From Nitrosopumilus sp. (GTDB lineage: Archaea; Thermoproteota; Nitrososphaeria; Nitrososphaerales; Nitrosopumilaceae): a stretch of DNA of 64,000 bases. Location of the stretch: assembly GCA_965238275.1 (NCBI GenBank), contig OZ250186.1, positions 160,001-224,000 on the forward strand. Reading direction: 5' to 3'. Both the position numbers and the translations under genes were made by a program. The notes below the pieces were generated by a model. That model saw only the letters and a program-made list of their open reading frames with translations. It did no database searches and was not told the DNA's origin. Positions 1 to 8,881 of this stretch are shown here, piece by piece. The first letter of the stretch is position 1; every line of letters begins with the position of its first letter.

Positions 1-194
1 AGGCGGCCAGAATCTTTGTGATAATGGAGGAGATGTATCTTCACCTCTACACGTTTTCAATGTACGACAAGGTCCTCAGGGAGTCTCGAAGGAAGATAGA
101 CGTCAACAGAATCCTAGTCGAGGATGTAAGGTCTGCCATAACAGAGGAGACCAGGCGTGCAGAACTAATCCGCGCCCTGCAGGAATCAGGTTAA
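1..194 (+). CDS. Translin-family RNA-binding protein, C-terminal part (runs off window start)
   Basis: Frame 3 reads ...MEEMYLHLYTFSMYDKVLRESRRKIDVNRILVEDVRSAITEE...*; RRKxDxxRxxxE resembles the translin C-terminal motif. Confidence 0.6.
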   Translation, partial: AARIFVIMEEMYLHLYTFSMYDKVLRESRRKIDVNRILVEDVRSAITEETRRAELIRALQESG

Positions 195-203
195 TAGGGG
201 TTA

Positions 204-288
204 TGCGGGCGATGGGATTTGAACCCATGAACTCCTGAGAGACTAGCCCCTCAAGCTAGCGCCTTTGGCCAGGCTGGGCAACGCCCGC
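204..288 (-). tRNA. tRNA-Leu(GAG)
   Basis: Reverse complement GCGGGCGTTGCCCAGCCTGGCCAAAGGCG CTAGC-TTGAGGG-GCTAG, long variable arm, GGTTCAAATCC T-loop, acceptor stem GCGGGCG/CGCCCGC. Confidence 0.95.
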
Positions 289-339
289 AAGAGACGATCC
301 TTGCATGGTTTTTATAATCCTTGGTTAATTCTCATGCGT

Positions 340-576
340 ATGCTAGTTCCTGTCAGGTGTTTTACATGTGGAATGCTGATTGCTGACAAGTACGAGGATT
401 ATCAGGACAGGGTAGGCAAGAGAGAGGATCCTGAGATAGTGCTTGACAGTCTGGGTATTGAGAGATACTGTTGCAGGAGGATGTTTCTGACTACTGTCGA
501 GACCATTCGACAGGTGATTCCGTTTTACGAGGCAATTCAGAGAAGAAAACAGGAAGTCCAAGCAGAGCTAGAATAA
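340..576 (+). CDS. rpoN: DNA-directed RNA polymerase subunit N (Rpo10)
   Basis: MLVPVRCFTCG...RYCCRRM zinc-binding signature; start moved to ATG 340. Confidence 0.95.
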   Translation: MLVPVRCFTCGMLIADKYEDYQDRVGKREDPEIVLDSLGIERYCCRRMFLTTVETIRQVIPFYEAIQRRKQEVQAELE

Positions 577-577
577 C

Positions 578-1816
578 TTGGCCTGCATCACATCCGTGAA
601 GGGACGTGTCCTGTACAACAGCAGGGGCAGCAAGACGGTAGAAGTTGATGTAGAATCAGACGGTAAGTTTCTGGGACGCGTATGCGCCCCGTCCGGCGCA
701 AGCGTGGGAATACACGAGGCAGTCAGTTTTCCCAAGGGAGGCCCCGAGGAGGGCATCAGGATACTACACCACAACTCTGGGAGGTTTCTGGGACTGGATC
801 CGTCAGACCCAAAGGCAGTCCATGATGCCCTCAAAGGCGTTGATGGCTCCAAGGATTACTCGGGTGTCGGCGGGGCGCTTGCGTTTGCCCTCACCATCGC
901 ATCAGCAGAGTCTGCATCCCGGGCCGCAGGAGAGCCGCTGTTCAAGACCATATCCCCAGAATCATCATTCAGGCTTCCGTTCCCGCTTGGAAACATACTT
1001 GGCGGCGGGGCACATGCAGGGCCGGGCACGCCTGACATACAGGAGATCCTCGTATGTGCGACAGGCTCAAGGGACATACAAGGCGCCATAGAGACCAACC
1101 TGGCAGTCCACAGGGAGCTGCGCAACATTCTGGAGAAGAGGGATCCCGGCTTTACAAACGGAAGGGGCGATGAGGGAGGATGGGCCCCAAGAATGAACAA
1201 CGAGGAGGCGCTGGAATCTGCAGCAAAGGCGTGCGAGAACCTGGGATTCACCCTAGGAAGAGAGGTCTCGCTGGGCGTGGACTTTGCATCATCAACCCAG
1301 TGGAATCAGGACAGGGGGATGTACGTCTATGACAGGGCGGGCTTTGAGAATACCCCCGGAGAGCAGATAGACTTTGCATCAGACATCATAAGAAGGTACA
1401 AGCTTGTCTATGCAGAGGATGCAGTGCACGAGGAGGCCTTTGACGGCATGGCAGAGATCACCTCAAGATTTCCAGACGTCATGGTTACAGGCGATGACCT
1501 GACTGTGACCAACAGGGACATGGTCAAAAGGGCAGCAGAGATGGGAGCATGCAATGCTGCAATCCTGAAGGTAAACCAGGCAGGCACCCTGTATGACGCC
1601 CTGGAATTTGCAGACATGGCAGACAGGAACGGCATCAAACTGATCACCTCACACAGATCCGGAGAGTCGACTGACTGGCACATATCCCATATCGGCATAG
1701 CGACGGGTTCAAAGATGCTCAAGGTCGGGATAGTCGGCGGAGAGAGGGTCGCAAAGCTCAACGAGCTGCTGCGCCTCTCAGAGCATGATTTAATACAAGG
1801 CATGACAGAGATTTAA
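578..1816 (+). CDS. eno: Enolase
   Basis: NSRG, PSGAS, GDEGG, GDDL, KVNQ, SHRSGES, ERVAKLNELL motifs. Confidence 0.95.
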   Translation: MACITSVKGRVLYNSRGSKTVEVDVESDGKFLGRVCAPSGASVGIHEAVSFPKGGPEEGIRILHHNSGRFLGLDPSDPKAVHDALKGVDGSKDYSGVGGALAFALTIASAESASRAAGEPLFKTISPESSFRLPFPLGNILGGGAHAGPGTPDIQEILVCATGSRDIQGAIETNLAVHRELRNILEKRDPGFTNGRGDEGGWAPRMNNEEALESAAKACENLGFTLGREVSLGVDFASSTQWNQDRGMYVYDRAGFENTPGEQIDFASDIIRRYKLVYAEDAVHEEAFDGMAEITSRFPDVMVTGDDLTVTNRDMVKRAAEMGACNAAILKVNQAGTLYDALEFADMADRNGIKLITSHRSGESTDWHISHIGIATGSKMLKVGIVGGERVAKLNELLRLSEHDLIQGMTEI

Positions 1817-1823
1817 AATCGTC

Positions 1824-2450
1824 ATGAGCCAGCAAGCAGAAGAAGTCACCGACATAAATATGAAGATCCGTAATACTGGCATAAGGGTCGGAACGCAGGT
1901 CAAGACAAAGTTCATGAGATCATTCATCACAAAGGCAAACCCGGAGGGGCTGTACATACTGGACATGGACATTACCATAAAGAAGATCAAGACTGCTGCC
2001 AAGTTTATCAACAGGCTGGGAACCGACAACTTGATCGTCTGTTCAGGCAGGCAGTACGCAGAGACGCCGGTGGAGAAGTTTTGCGAGGTTCACGGATCCA
2101 AAAAGATTCTTGGAAGATTCATGCCAGGAACGCTGACAAACCCGTCACTCCCATATTACATAGAGCCGAAGCTGGTCCTGATATCGGATCCGCAAGTTGA
2201 CGGGCAGGCAATCACAGAGGCTACAAACGCGGGAATTCCAGTTATCGGAGTTGCCAATACGGACAACATCACCTCAAACCTAGACGTGATAATACCTGCA
2301 AACAACAGGGGAAGAAAGGCGCTTGCCGCAGTCTACTGGATGCTGATGCGCCAGATTCTCATCGAGAGGGGCGAGCTTGGAGAGGACGATTCGACAGAGT
2401 ACGAGATTGACGACTTTGAGACCAAGATCATCGAAGGCGACAGCGAGTAA
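1824..2450 (+). CDS. rps2: 30S ribosomal protein S2
   Basis: GRFMPGTLTN, IPANNRG; canonical rpoN-eno-rps2 synteny. Confidence 0.95.
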   Translation: MSQQAEEVTDINMKIRNTGIRVGTQVKTKFMRSFITKANPEGLYILDMDITIKKIKTAAKFINRLGTDNLIVCSGRQYAETPVEKFCEVHGSKKILGRFMPGTLTNPSLPYYIEPKLVLISDPQVDGQAITEATNAGIPVIGVANTDNITSNLDVIIPANNRGRKALAAVYWMLMRQILIERGELGEDDSTEYEIDDFETKIIEGDSE

Positions 2451-3402
2451 CATCCATGCAAAGTCCAGGGCGTCTGCCCCGGGAAAGATAATCCTGTTTG
2501 GAGAACATTTTGTGGTGTATGGGGTAGAAGCCATCCTGTGTGCCATAGACAGGAGGGCCACAGTTACAGCAGAGCAGACAGACGATAACATGATATCCAT
2601 AGAATCAGACATTGGCAGGATGTCATCCGAGCCGGGCAGGCATATCTCGGATGTCACCCCCGAGCTTCGGCCATTCTACCACATGGCAGACGTGAGGGGC
2701 GGCGGTGGCGGTGGCGGGATGCGCATCACGATAGAGTCGGAGATTCCGGTGGGGGTCGGGCTGGGCTCCTCGTCGGCATGCTGCGTGGCAGGGGCAGCTG
2801 CTGTCCTCGGACTCTCAGGCAGTGCCGGCAGGGAAGATATCCTGAGGCTTGCAGTGGAGGCAGAAAGGACCATCTTTGAGAACACGTCCGGGGCCGACTG
2901 CGCAGTCTGCACGTACGGGGGGATTGGCAGGTACGACAAGACCAGCGGCTTGGCCAGGCTGGATTCGGATACCGGCATCGACTTGGTAATTGCCGACTCG
3001 CAGACGATGCACTCGACTGATGCCGTGGTGGAGAGGGTGCGGGGATTCAGGGAGAACAACATGGGAGACTTTGCCAGAATGTGCGGCGAGGAGTCAGGAA
3101 TCATAGATGCAGTGCTTGGGATGCTCAAGGTAGGGGATGCCTGCGGGCTTGGCAAAATGGCAGCCAGAAACCAGAAACTGCTCCAGAGGATAGGCGTCTC
3201 AAATGATACGCTTGATAAGATGGTCCGCATAGGACAGGATTCCTCGTTTGGGGCAAAGATAACCGGCGCCGGGGACGGCGGGTGCGTCATCGCAATAACT
3301 GACGAGCAGGGCAGGGAGGAAGTCATGGAACGGTTCAGAAGGGACGGATACGAGTGCTTTGCTGCCAGAATCGACTGCACGGGACTGTCATACGGCGGCT
3401 AG
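2377..3402 (+). CDS. mvk: Mevalonate kinase (start uncertain; conserved region begins ~2461)
   Basis: SAPGKIILFGEHFVVYG, PVGVGLGSSSA (GHMP), KITGAGDGG. Confidence 0.9.
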   Translation: MERTIRQSTRLTTLRPRSSKATASNIHAKSRASAPGKIILFGEHFVVYGVEAILCAIDRRATVTAEQTDDNMISIESDIGRMSSEPGRHISDVTPELRPFYHMADVRGGGGGGGMRITIESEIPVGVGLGSSSACCVAGAAAVLGLSGSAGREDILRLAVEAERTIFENTSGADCAVCTYGGIGRYDKTSGLARLDSDTGIDLVIADSQTMHSTDAVVERVRGFRENNMGDFARMCGEESGIIDAVLGMLKVGDACGLGKMAARNQKLLQRIGVSNDTLDKMVRIGQDSSFGAKITGAGDGGCVIAITDEQGREEVMERFRRDGYECFAARIDCTGLSYGG

Positions 3403-3492
3403 GTACGCAGCGCCATTCATGACGAGGCCGGACGGGACCGCCCAAGAACCGAAACTGTATACTTTTTAATTGACCAGAAAGTTTGGAACGGT

Positions 3493-4251
3493 ATGATTCT
3501 GATAAAGCTTGGCGGCTCTGTAATTACCAACAAGTCAAGGCCGCTGTCTGCCAGAAGAAAGGCCATAGACAACATTGCAGCTGACGGCCTTGCAGGGATT
3601 GACGAGCCAATCACAGTGGTGCACGGCGGCGGCTCCTACGGGCACTACTGGTCTGTAAAATACGACATGCACACCAAGGAGAAGAGGTATGACGCCCACG
3701 GCGTCTCGGCTGTAAAGAACTCAATGATTCACCTGAACAGCATAATCGTGGACTCTATGCTAAAGAGCGGGTTGAACCCGTACAGCCTGCCGCCTACCGA
3801 CTTTATGGCAGGCGGCGCACCGGTCCCCGAAAAGATACTCGAGATTAAAAGGATTGCAGGGGCAGGATTCGCTCCGGTTACATACGGGGATGCCCTGTGG
3901 TGGGGCAAAAAGAAGACATACATCCTGTCAGGGGACAGAATAATGACACACCTGGCCCAGGCCCTCAGGCCCAGGCTCTGCATCTTTGCACTTGACGAGG
4001 ACGGCCTGTACACGGATCTCAAGTCAAAGCGCCTGATTCGCCAGATAGGCGATGCAGATGCCACGTTTGCGCCAAGCGGCGGCATGGACGTCACCGGCGG
4101 CATGTCAAGAAAGGTGCAGGAGGCCACCAGGATTGCGCAGGGCGGAACCGCCGTATTCCTGGTCAACGGGAACAAGCCAGAGAGGATCAAAGAAGCTGTT
4201 AAAAACAAGAAGTTTGAAGGGACATTGTTCAGAGGCAAGAGGAATGTCTGA
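3493..4251 (+). CDS. ipk: Isopentenyl phosphate kinase
   Basis: IKLGGSVIT, VHGGGSYGH, SGD, DVTGGM amino-acid-kinase motifs within the mevalonate cluster. Confidence 0.9.
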   Translation: MILIKLGGSVITNKSRPLSARRKAIDNIAADGLAGIDEPITVVHGGGSYGHYWSVKYDMHTKEKRYDAHGVSAVKNSMIHLNSIIVDSMLKSGLNPYSLPPTDFMAGGAPVPEKILEIKRIAGAGFAPVTYGDALWWGKKKTYILSGDRIMTHLAQALRPRLCIFALDEDGLYTDLKSKRLIRQIGDADATFAPSGGMDVTGGMSRKVQEATRIAQGGTAVFLVNGNKPERIKEAVKNKKFEGTLFRGKRNV

Positions 4252-4894
4252 AGAGTTTGTAATTTTAGTGGATAAAGACGACAATCCCATAGGCACGGCA
4301 GAGAAGGTCAGGTGCCACATGCCAGACGGGTTGCTGCACCGGGCATTTACGGCGCTGCTGTTTGATGGGAGCGGCAGGCTGGTTCTGGGAAGGCGGGCAG
4401 ACACCAAGATGCTGTGGCCAGGCTACTGGGACGGAACCTTTGCAAGCCACCCGAGAGAGTCTGAGACGTACGTCCTGTCAGGCCAGAGGAGGATGCCTGA
4501 GGAGCTGGGGGCGGGTACGACGCTGGAGTACCTGCACAAATTCGAGTACCACGTGCCGTACCTGGATGTGGGCTCTGAAAACGAGATATGCGCCACCCTG
4601 ATCGGGGTAATTGACGATATAGACGGGCTTGCAGGGGCCAAGGACGAGATAGACCAGATAAGGGCAGTCTCCGCAGAGGCGCTGCTCTCGGAGATCGAGT
4701 CGGATCCGGGCACGTACTGCCCGTGGATGCTGATTGCACTTGACCTGCTTGACAGGTCAGACGGCGCAGCACTGGAAAGGCACGCAGGTATCCTGTCAGG
4801 ATGGACGGGTGATGAGACGCACGGTATACTGCGCAGGGCAATCAACACGCACCTGCCAGATGACAGATGGAGGCTTGTACATGAGGAGGCCTAG
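4244..4894 (+). CDS. idi: Isopentenyl-diphosphate delta-isomerase, type 1 (Nudix fold)
   Basis: LHRAFT, WPGYWD..SHP, RRxxEELG, ENEIC, PW motifs; ATG at 4244. Confidence 0.9.
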   Translation: MSEEFVILVDKDDNPIGTAEKVRCHMPDGLLHRAFTALLFDGSGRLVLGRRADTKMLWPGYWDGTFASHPRESETYVLSGQRRMPEELGAGTTLEYLHKFEYHVPYLDVGSENEICATLIGVIDDIDGLAGAKDEIDQIRAVSAEALLSEIESDPGTYCPWMLIALDLLDRSDGAALERHAGILSGWTGDETHGILRRAINTHLPDDRWRLVHEEA

Positions 4895-5870
4895 TAACCC
4901 CATCGAGTCCAACGCAAAAAAGGTCAACAGGTACCTGGGGGCCAAGATAGGCGGAAGGCCGGAGAGGCTATACGAGGCTGCAGCGCACCTGATTGTTCAC
5001 GGCGGAAAGAGGCTCAGGCCGTACATGGTAGTCCGGAGCTGCCAGCTGCTGGGCGGAACGGCAACAGAGGCCATGCCGGCAGCAGGCGCAGTGGAGATGA
5101 TCCACAACTTTACGCTGGTACACGATGACATAATGGACAACGACGACATGAGGCACGGCGTGCAGACGGTCCACAAGATGTTCGGGACGCCGGTTGCGAT
5201 ACTTGCAGGAGACGTGCTGTACTCAAAGGCATACCAGACCATTGCAGACTCGGGGATGCAGCCGCAGAGAGCTGCCATCCTGGTATCAAGGCTTGCAAAG
5301 GCATGCGTGGACGTGTGCGAGGGCCAGTTCCTGGACATGAAGATGTCCGAGGAGGAGAGGATTCCAACGCAGGCAGAGTACATTACGATGATTCGCAAAA
5401 AGACTGCGGCCCTCTTTGATGTCTCCTGCACCATGGGGGCAGTCTGTGCCGGGGGAAGTGATAAAGACATTGCAAACCTCTCCTCGTTTGGCAGAAACCT
5501 GGGAATCGCGTTCCAGATAACAGACGACCTGATAGGGGTGATGGGGGATCCGGACATTACAAAAAAGCCTGTCGGAAACGACCTGAGGGAGGGCAAGAAG
5601 TCGCTTCCAATCCTGATGGCAATAAATGCAGCAGCAGAGGGTAGTGCCGACAGGGACACAATTACAGGCGCCTTTGGAAACCCAAAGGTAACGCCTGACG
5701 AGCTGGCTGCTGCAGCACAGGCAATCCGTTCCCTGGGAATAGAGGAGAGCGTCAGGGGGATGGCCACAAAGTATGCCAGGAAGGCAAGGACATCGCTTGC
5801 AGGATACTCGGGACCCGTACAGGAGGAGCTTGCCGCACTTTTGGATTTTGTAGTCAAGAGAAGATCGTAG
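4881..5870 (+). CDS. Geranylgeranyl diphosphate synthase (polyprenyl synthetase)
   Basis: GGKRLRP, HDDIMD (FARM), FQITDD (SARM), DLREGK. Confidence 0.92.
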   Translation: MRRPSNPIESNAKKVNRYLGAKIGGRPERLYEAAAHLIVHGGKRLRPYMVVRSCQLLGGTATEAMPAAGAVEMIHNFTLVHDDIMDNDDMRHGVQTVHKMFGTPVAILAGDVLYSKAYQTIADSGMQPQRAAILVSRLAKACVDVCEGQFLDMKMSEEERIPTQAEYITMIRKKTAALFDVSCTMGAVCAGGSDKDIANLSSFGRNLGIAFQITDDLIGVMGDPDITKKPVGNDLREGKKSLPILMAINAAAEGSADRDTITGAFGNPKVTPDELAAAAQAIRSLGIEESVRGMATKYARKARTSLAGYSGPVQEELAALLDFVVKRRS

Positions 5871-5871
5871 A

Positions 5872-7593
5872 ATGGATCTGGACAGGGAGATAAGAAGGGC
5901 CGCCCTTCAGAACGCATCCGAGCACGGGGGACAGACGCGAAGTGGGGCAGTGATGGGGAGGGTTCTGGGGGCAAGGCCTGACCTGCGCGGCAGGGTGCCG
6001 GAGATCTCAGCCATGATAGAGGGGATCGTCTCCCAGGTCAACTCCATGAGCCCCCAGGAGCAGAACGACGAGATTGCAGAGAGTTTCCCGGAGATTCTCG
6101 CGCCAAAACACAGGGAGGAGAGGGAGGGCCTTCCGGAGCTGCAGGGCGCAGTGCACGGCCAGGTCGTCACAAGGTTCCCCCCCGAGCCCAACGGATACCC
6201 CCACATAGGCCACGCAAAGGCTGCAATCATCAACTCAGAGTATGCAAGGATGTACGGGGGGAAGTTCATTTTGCGAATGGACGACACAAACCCGGAGGCA
6301 GAGAGGATGGAGTACCATGCGGCAATCAAGGTGGGTCTGGAGTGGCTTGGCATCACGCCGGATGTCATAAAGAGCACCTCAGACGACATGGATGTCTTTT
6401 ATGAAAAGGGCGGGAAACTGATCGATGCGGACCTGGCGTACGTCTGCACCTGCAAGAGGGACGACATAACCAAGAACAGGAGGCAGAGGGTCGCCTGCAA
6501 GTGCAGCAGCACGAGAAAGCCAGAAAAGAACGCAGAGAACTGGGAGAAGATGCACGGCAGGTTCAGGCCCGGGGAGGCCGTGGTGAGGTTCCGTGGCGAC
6601 ATGAAGGCAGACAATGCAGTGATGAGGGATCCCGTGCTGTTCAGGGTCATACACGCAAAGCACTACACCCTCGGCAACAGGTATGCAGTGTGGCCAAGCT
6701 ACGACTTTGCAGTAGCCATAGAGGACAGCATAGACGGGGTGACCCACGCGTTTCGCTCCAAGGAGTTTGAACTGAGGGCGGAGCTGAACCGCAGCATTCT
6801 CGAATCCCTGAACATGCGGGTTCCGTACCAGGGATTCTTCTCCAGGCTGGAGTTTGAGGGGATGCCCACATCCAAGAGAATCATAAGGCCGTTAATCGAG
6901 GAGGGCAAAGTCTCGTGGTATGACGACCCGAGGCTCCCCACGCTTGAGGGCCTGAAGGGCAGGGGGATCAGGCCCGAGGCAGTCAGGAAATTTGTCATGT
7001 CGCTTGGCCTGACAAAGTCCAACACGCATGCGCCGTTTGACGCGCTTGAGGCGTTCAACAGAAAGGTGGTGGACCCGCAGAGCATCAGGCTGTTCATGGC
7101 GGGAAGGCCCAGGGCGCTTTCGGTAAGGGGGGTTGGGACCGACTCGGTCGAGATGCCAAACCATCCGACAGTAACAGACATGGGGAGCAGGAGCATACCA
7201 GTTGACGGGAACTTTTACATACCAGGGGATGATGCAGCATCCCTTGTCCCCGGCGCGACAGTCAGGCTCATCGGGCTTGGAAACGTCCTGATCACAGAGG
7301 GCGGCGGCGGCGGCGGTAGCCACTCCCTTGCAGGGGATCTTGTGGAGGAGGGTGGAGGCACGGATGTTCCAAAGATACAGTGGGTTCCGCAAAAGGATGC
7401 GCACATGCTGAAGATAATCATTCCGGGACTGCTATTCGACGGGGACGAGTTTAACAGTGACAGCCTTGAGGAGATGGACGCGTGCGTGGAGCCGCACTAT
7501 CTGAAGATAAAAGACGGCAGCGAGATCCAGTTTGTCAGGTTTGGATACTGCCAGAAAAACTCACAAAAGCAGGCAGTGTTTACCCACAAGTGA
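5872..7593 (+). CDS. gltX: Glutamyl-tRNA synthetase
   Basis: RFPPEPNGYPHIGH, RMDDTNP, DDPRLPTL, QFVRFGY. Confidence 0.95.
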   Translation: MDLDREIRRAALQNASEHGGQTRSGAVMGRVLGARPDLRGRVPEISAMIEGIVSQVNSMSPQEQNDEIAESFPEILAPKHREEREGLPELQGAVHGQVVTRFPPEPNGYPHIGHAKAAIINSEYARMYGGKFILRMDDTNPEAERMEYHAAIKVGLEWLGITPDVIKSTSDDMDVFYEKGGKLIDADLAYVCTCKRDDITKNRRQRVACKCSSTRKPEKNAENWEKMHGRFRPGEAVVRFRGDMKADNAVMRDPVLFRVIHAKHYTLGNRYAVWPSYDFAVAIEDSIDGVTHAFRSKEFELRAELNRSILESLNMRVPYQGFFSRLEFEGMPTSKRIIRPLIEEGKVSWYDDPRLPTLEGLKGRGIRPEAVRKFVMSLGLTKSNTHAPFDALEAFNRKVVDPQSIRLFMAGRPRALSVRGVGTDSVEMPNHPTVTDMGSRSIPVDGNFYIPGDDAASLVPGATVRLIGLGNVLITEGGGGGGSHSLAGDLVEEGGGTDVPKIQWVPQKDAHMLKIIIPGLLFDGDEFNSDSLEEMDACVEPHYLKIKDGSEIQFVRFGYCQKNSQKQAVFTHK

Positions 7594-7599
7594 TGAGCC

Positions 7600-8478
7600 A
7601 TGAAGATAGCAAGACTCTCAAATGACGACGGCCCGACGTACGGGATTGTCAGGGACGGAAAAGTCTCCACAAGGGACGAGATGACCTACCTTACCGGGAT
7701 ACCCGTCCCGCACAGCACAAAGGACTTTCTGTTTGACGGGTGGTACGAGGAGATCAGGGGAATGGCCGGCAGCCTGCCGTACGGCCAGGACCTGTCAGGG
7801 TACAGCCTGCTGCCGCCCATATCAAGCCCCAACAAGATAATCTGTTTGGCCTTCAACTATATCGATCATGCAAAAGAGCAGGGACTGGAGGCGCCAAGCG
7901 AACCTGCGCTCGTAATGAAGCCAAGAACCGCCCTGAACGGCACGAACTCAGACATCGTATGCCCGGACTTTGTCAAGCAGCTGGACTACGAGGTAGAGCT
8001 TGCAGTGATAGTCAAAAAGAGGTGCAAAAACGTTGCAGTCTCTGATGCCATGGACATGATATTCGGGTACATGGTATTCAACGACGTCTCGGCGCGCGAC
8101 ATCCAGTTTATGGACAAGCAGTTTACCAGGGGGAAGGGCTTTGACACGTTTGCGCCGTGCGGGCCGTGGATAACTACTGCCGACGAGGTCAAAGACGTGC
8201 ACAACCTGAAGATGACGACCAGGGTCAACGGGGAGACCAGGCAGGACTCGAACACCTCCAACATGGCAATAAGGATCCCCGAGATCATCTCAAAGATATC
8301 CAGGGTCATGACGCTGGAGGCAGGTGACATCATATCGACTGGAACGCCTGCAGGGGCAATGCTGGGAAAACCAGGCGGGGTGTTCCTGAGGGACGGCGAC
8401 GTGGTGGAGGCGGAGATAGAGTCGCTCGGAGTCCTCAGAAACACCATAAGGTTTGTAAAGTCAGATTCGGTGGCGTGA
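7600..8478 (+). CDS. Fumarylacetoacetate hydrolase family protein
   Basis: KIICLAFNY, DYEVEL, NDVSARD, GKGFDTF, GDIISTGTP. Confidence 0.9.
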   Translation: MKIARLSNDDGPTYGIVRDGKVSTRDEMTYLTGIPVPHSTKDFLFDGWYEEIRGMAGSLPYGQDLSGYSLLPPISSPNKIICLAFNYIDHAKEQGLEAPSEPALVMKPRTALNGTNSDIVCPDFVKQLDYEVELAVIVKKRCKNVAVSDAMDMIFGYMVFNDVSARDIQFMDKQFTRGKGFDTFAPCGPWITTADEVKDVHNLKMTTRVNGETRQDSNTSNMAIRIPEIISKISRVMTLEAGDIISTGTPAGAMLGKPGGVFLRDGDVVEAEIESLGVLRNTIRFVKSDSVA

Positions 8479-8760
8479 TGCGGCAGTGCCAGGCAGCTGC
8501 CCGGAGTTGCCGGTGTTGCCCACCACGGAGCGTCTAGATTCACATGTCTGCCGGTCAGACATTGCCGCCGGAACGGGTTTTTGGTCGTCGGCATAGTGGT
8601 TCACTTCAATCAATTTAGGATGCCTAGAATTTCTTTGGGTTTTGCCACAAATTTCAGTCGTCTCCATTCATCATCACAAATCCTTGTGAAAGTTTAATGT
8701 CCTTGTCTGTAATGGCAATTTTTCCTTCCATGTCCATACTGTTCAATGCAATTTTTTCAA

Positions 8761-8879
8761 GTGAACTACCAACGACTAAAGCCGTTGGCTTCCTCGTTCA
8801 ACGAGTCTGCTTGACCATGACCATTTGCCATGATTAGAGGCAGTCTCTCCGGAGGCGTAACTTCCCTATGTACCATAGG
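8761..8879 (-). ncRNA. TnpB omegaRNA/reRNA scaffold (right end), overlapping the separated tnpB C-terminal tail
   Basis: Minus strand encodes PMVHREVTPPER...SLNEEANGFSRW*, a typical TnpB tail, and ends in the IS605 right-end hairpin + TTCAC. Confidence 0.75.
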
Positions 8880-8881
8880 TA

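Noticed and set aside
4244-4894. Type 1 (Nudix) IDI in an archaeal mevalonate cluster
   Set aside because: Known feature of Nitrosopumilaceae; not novel
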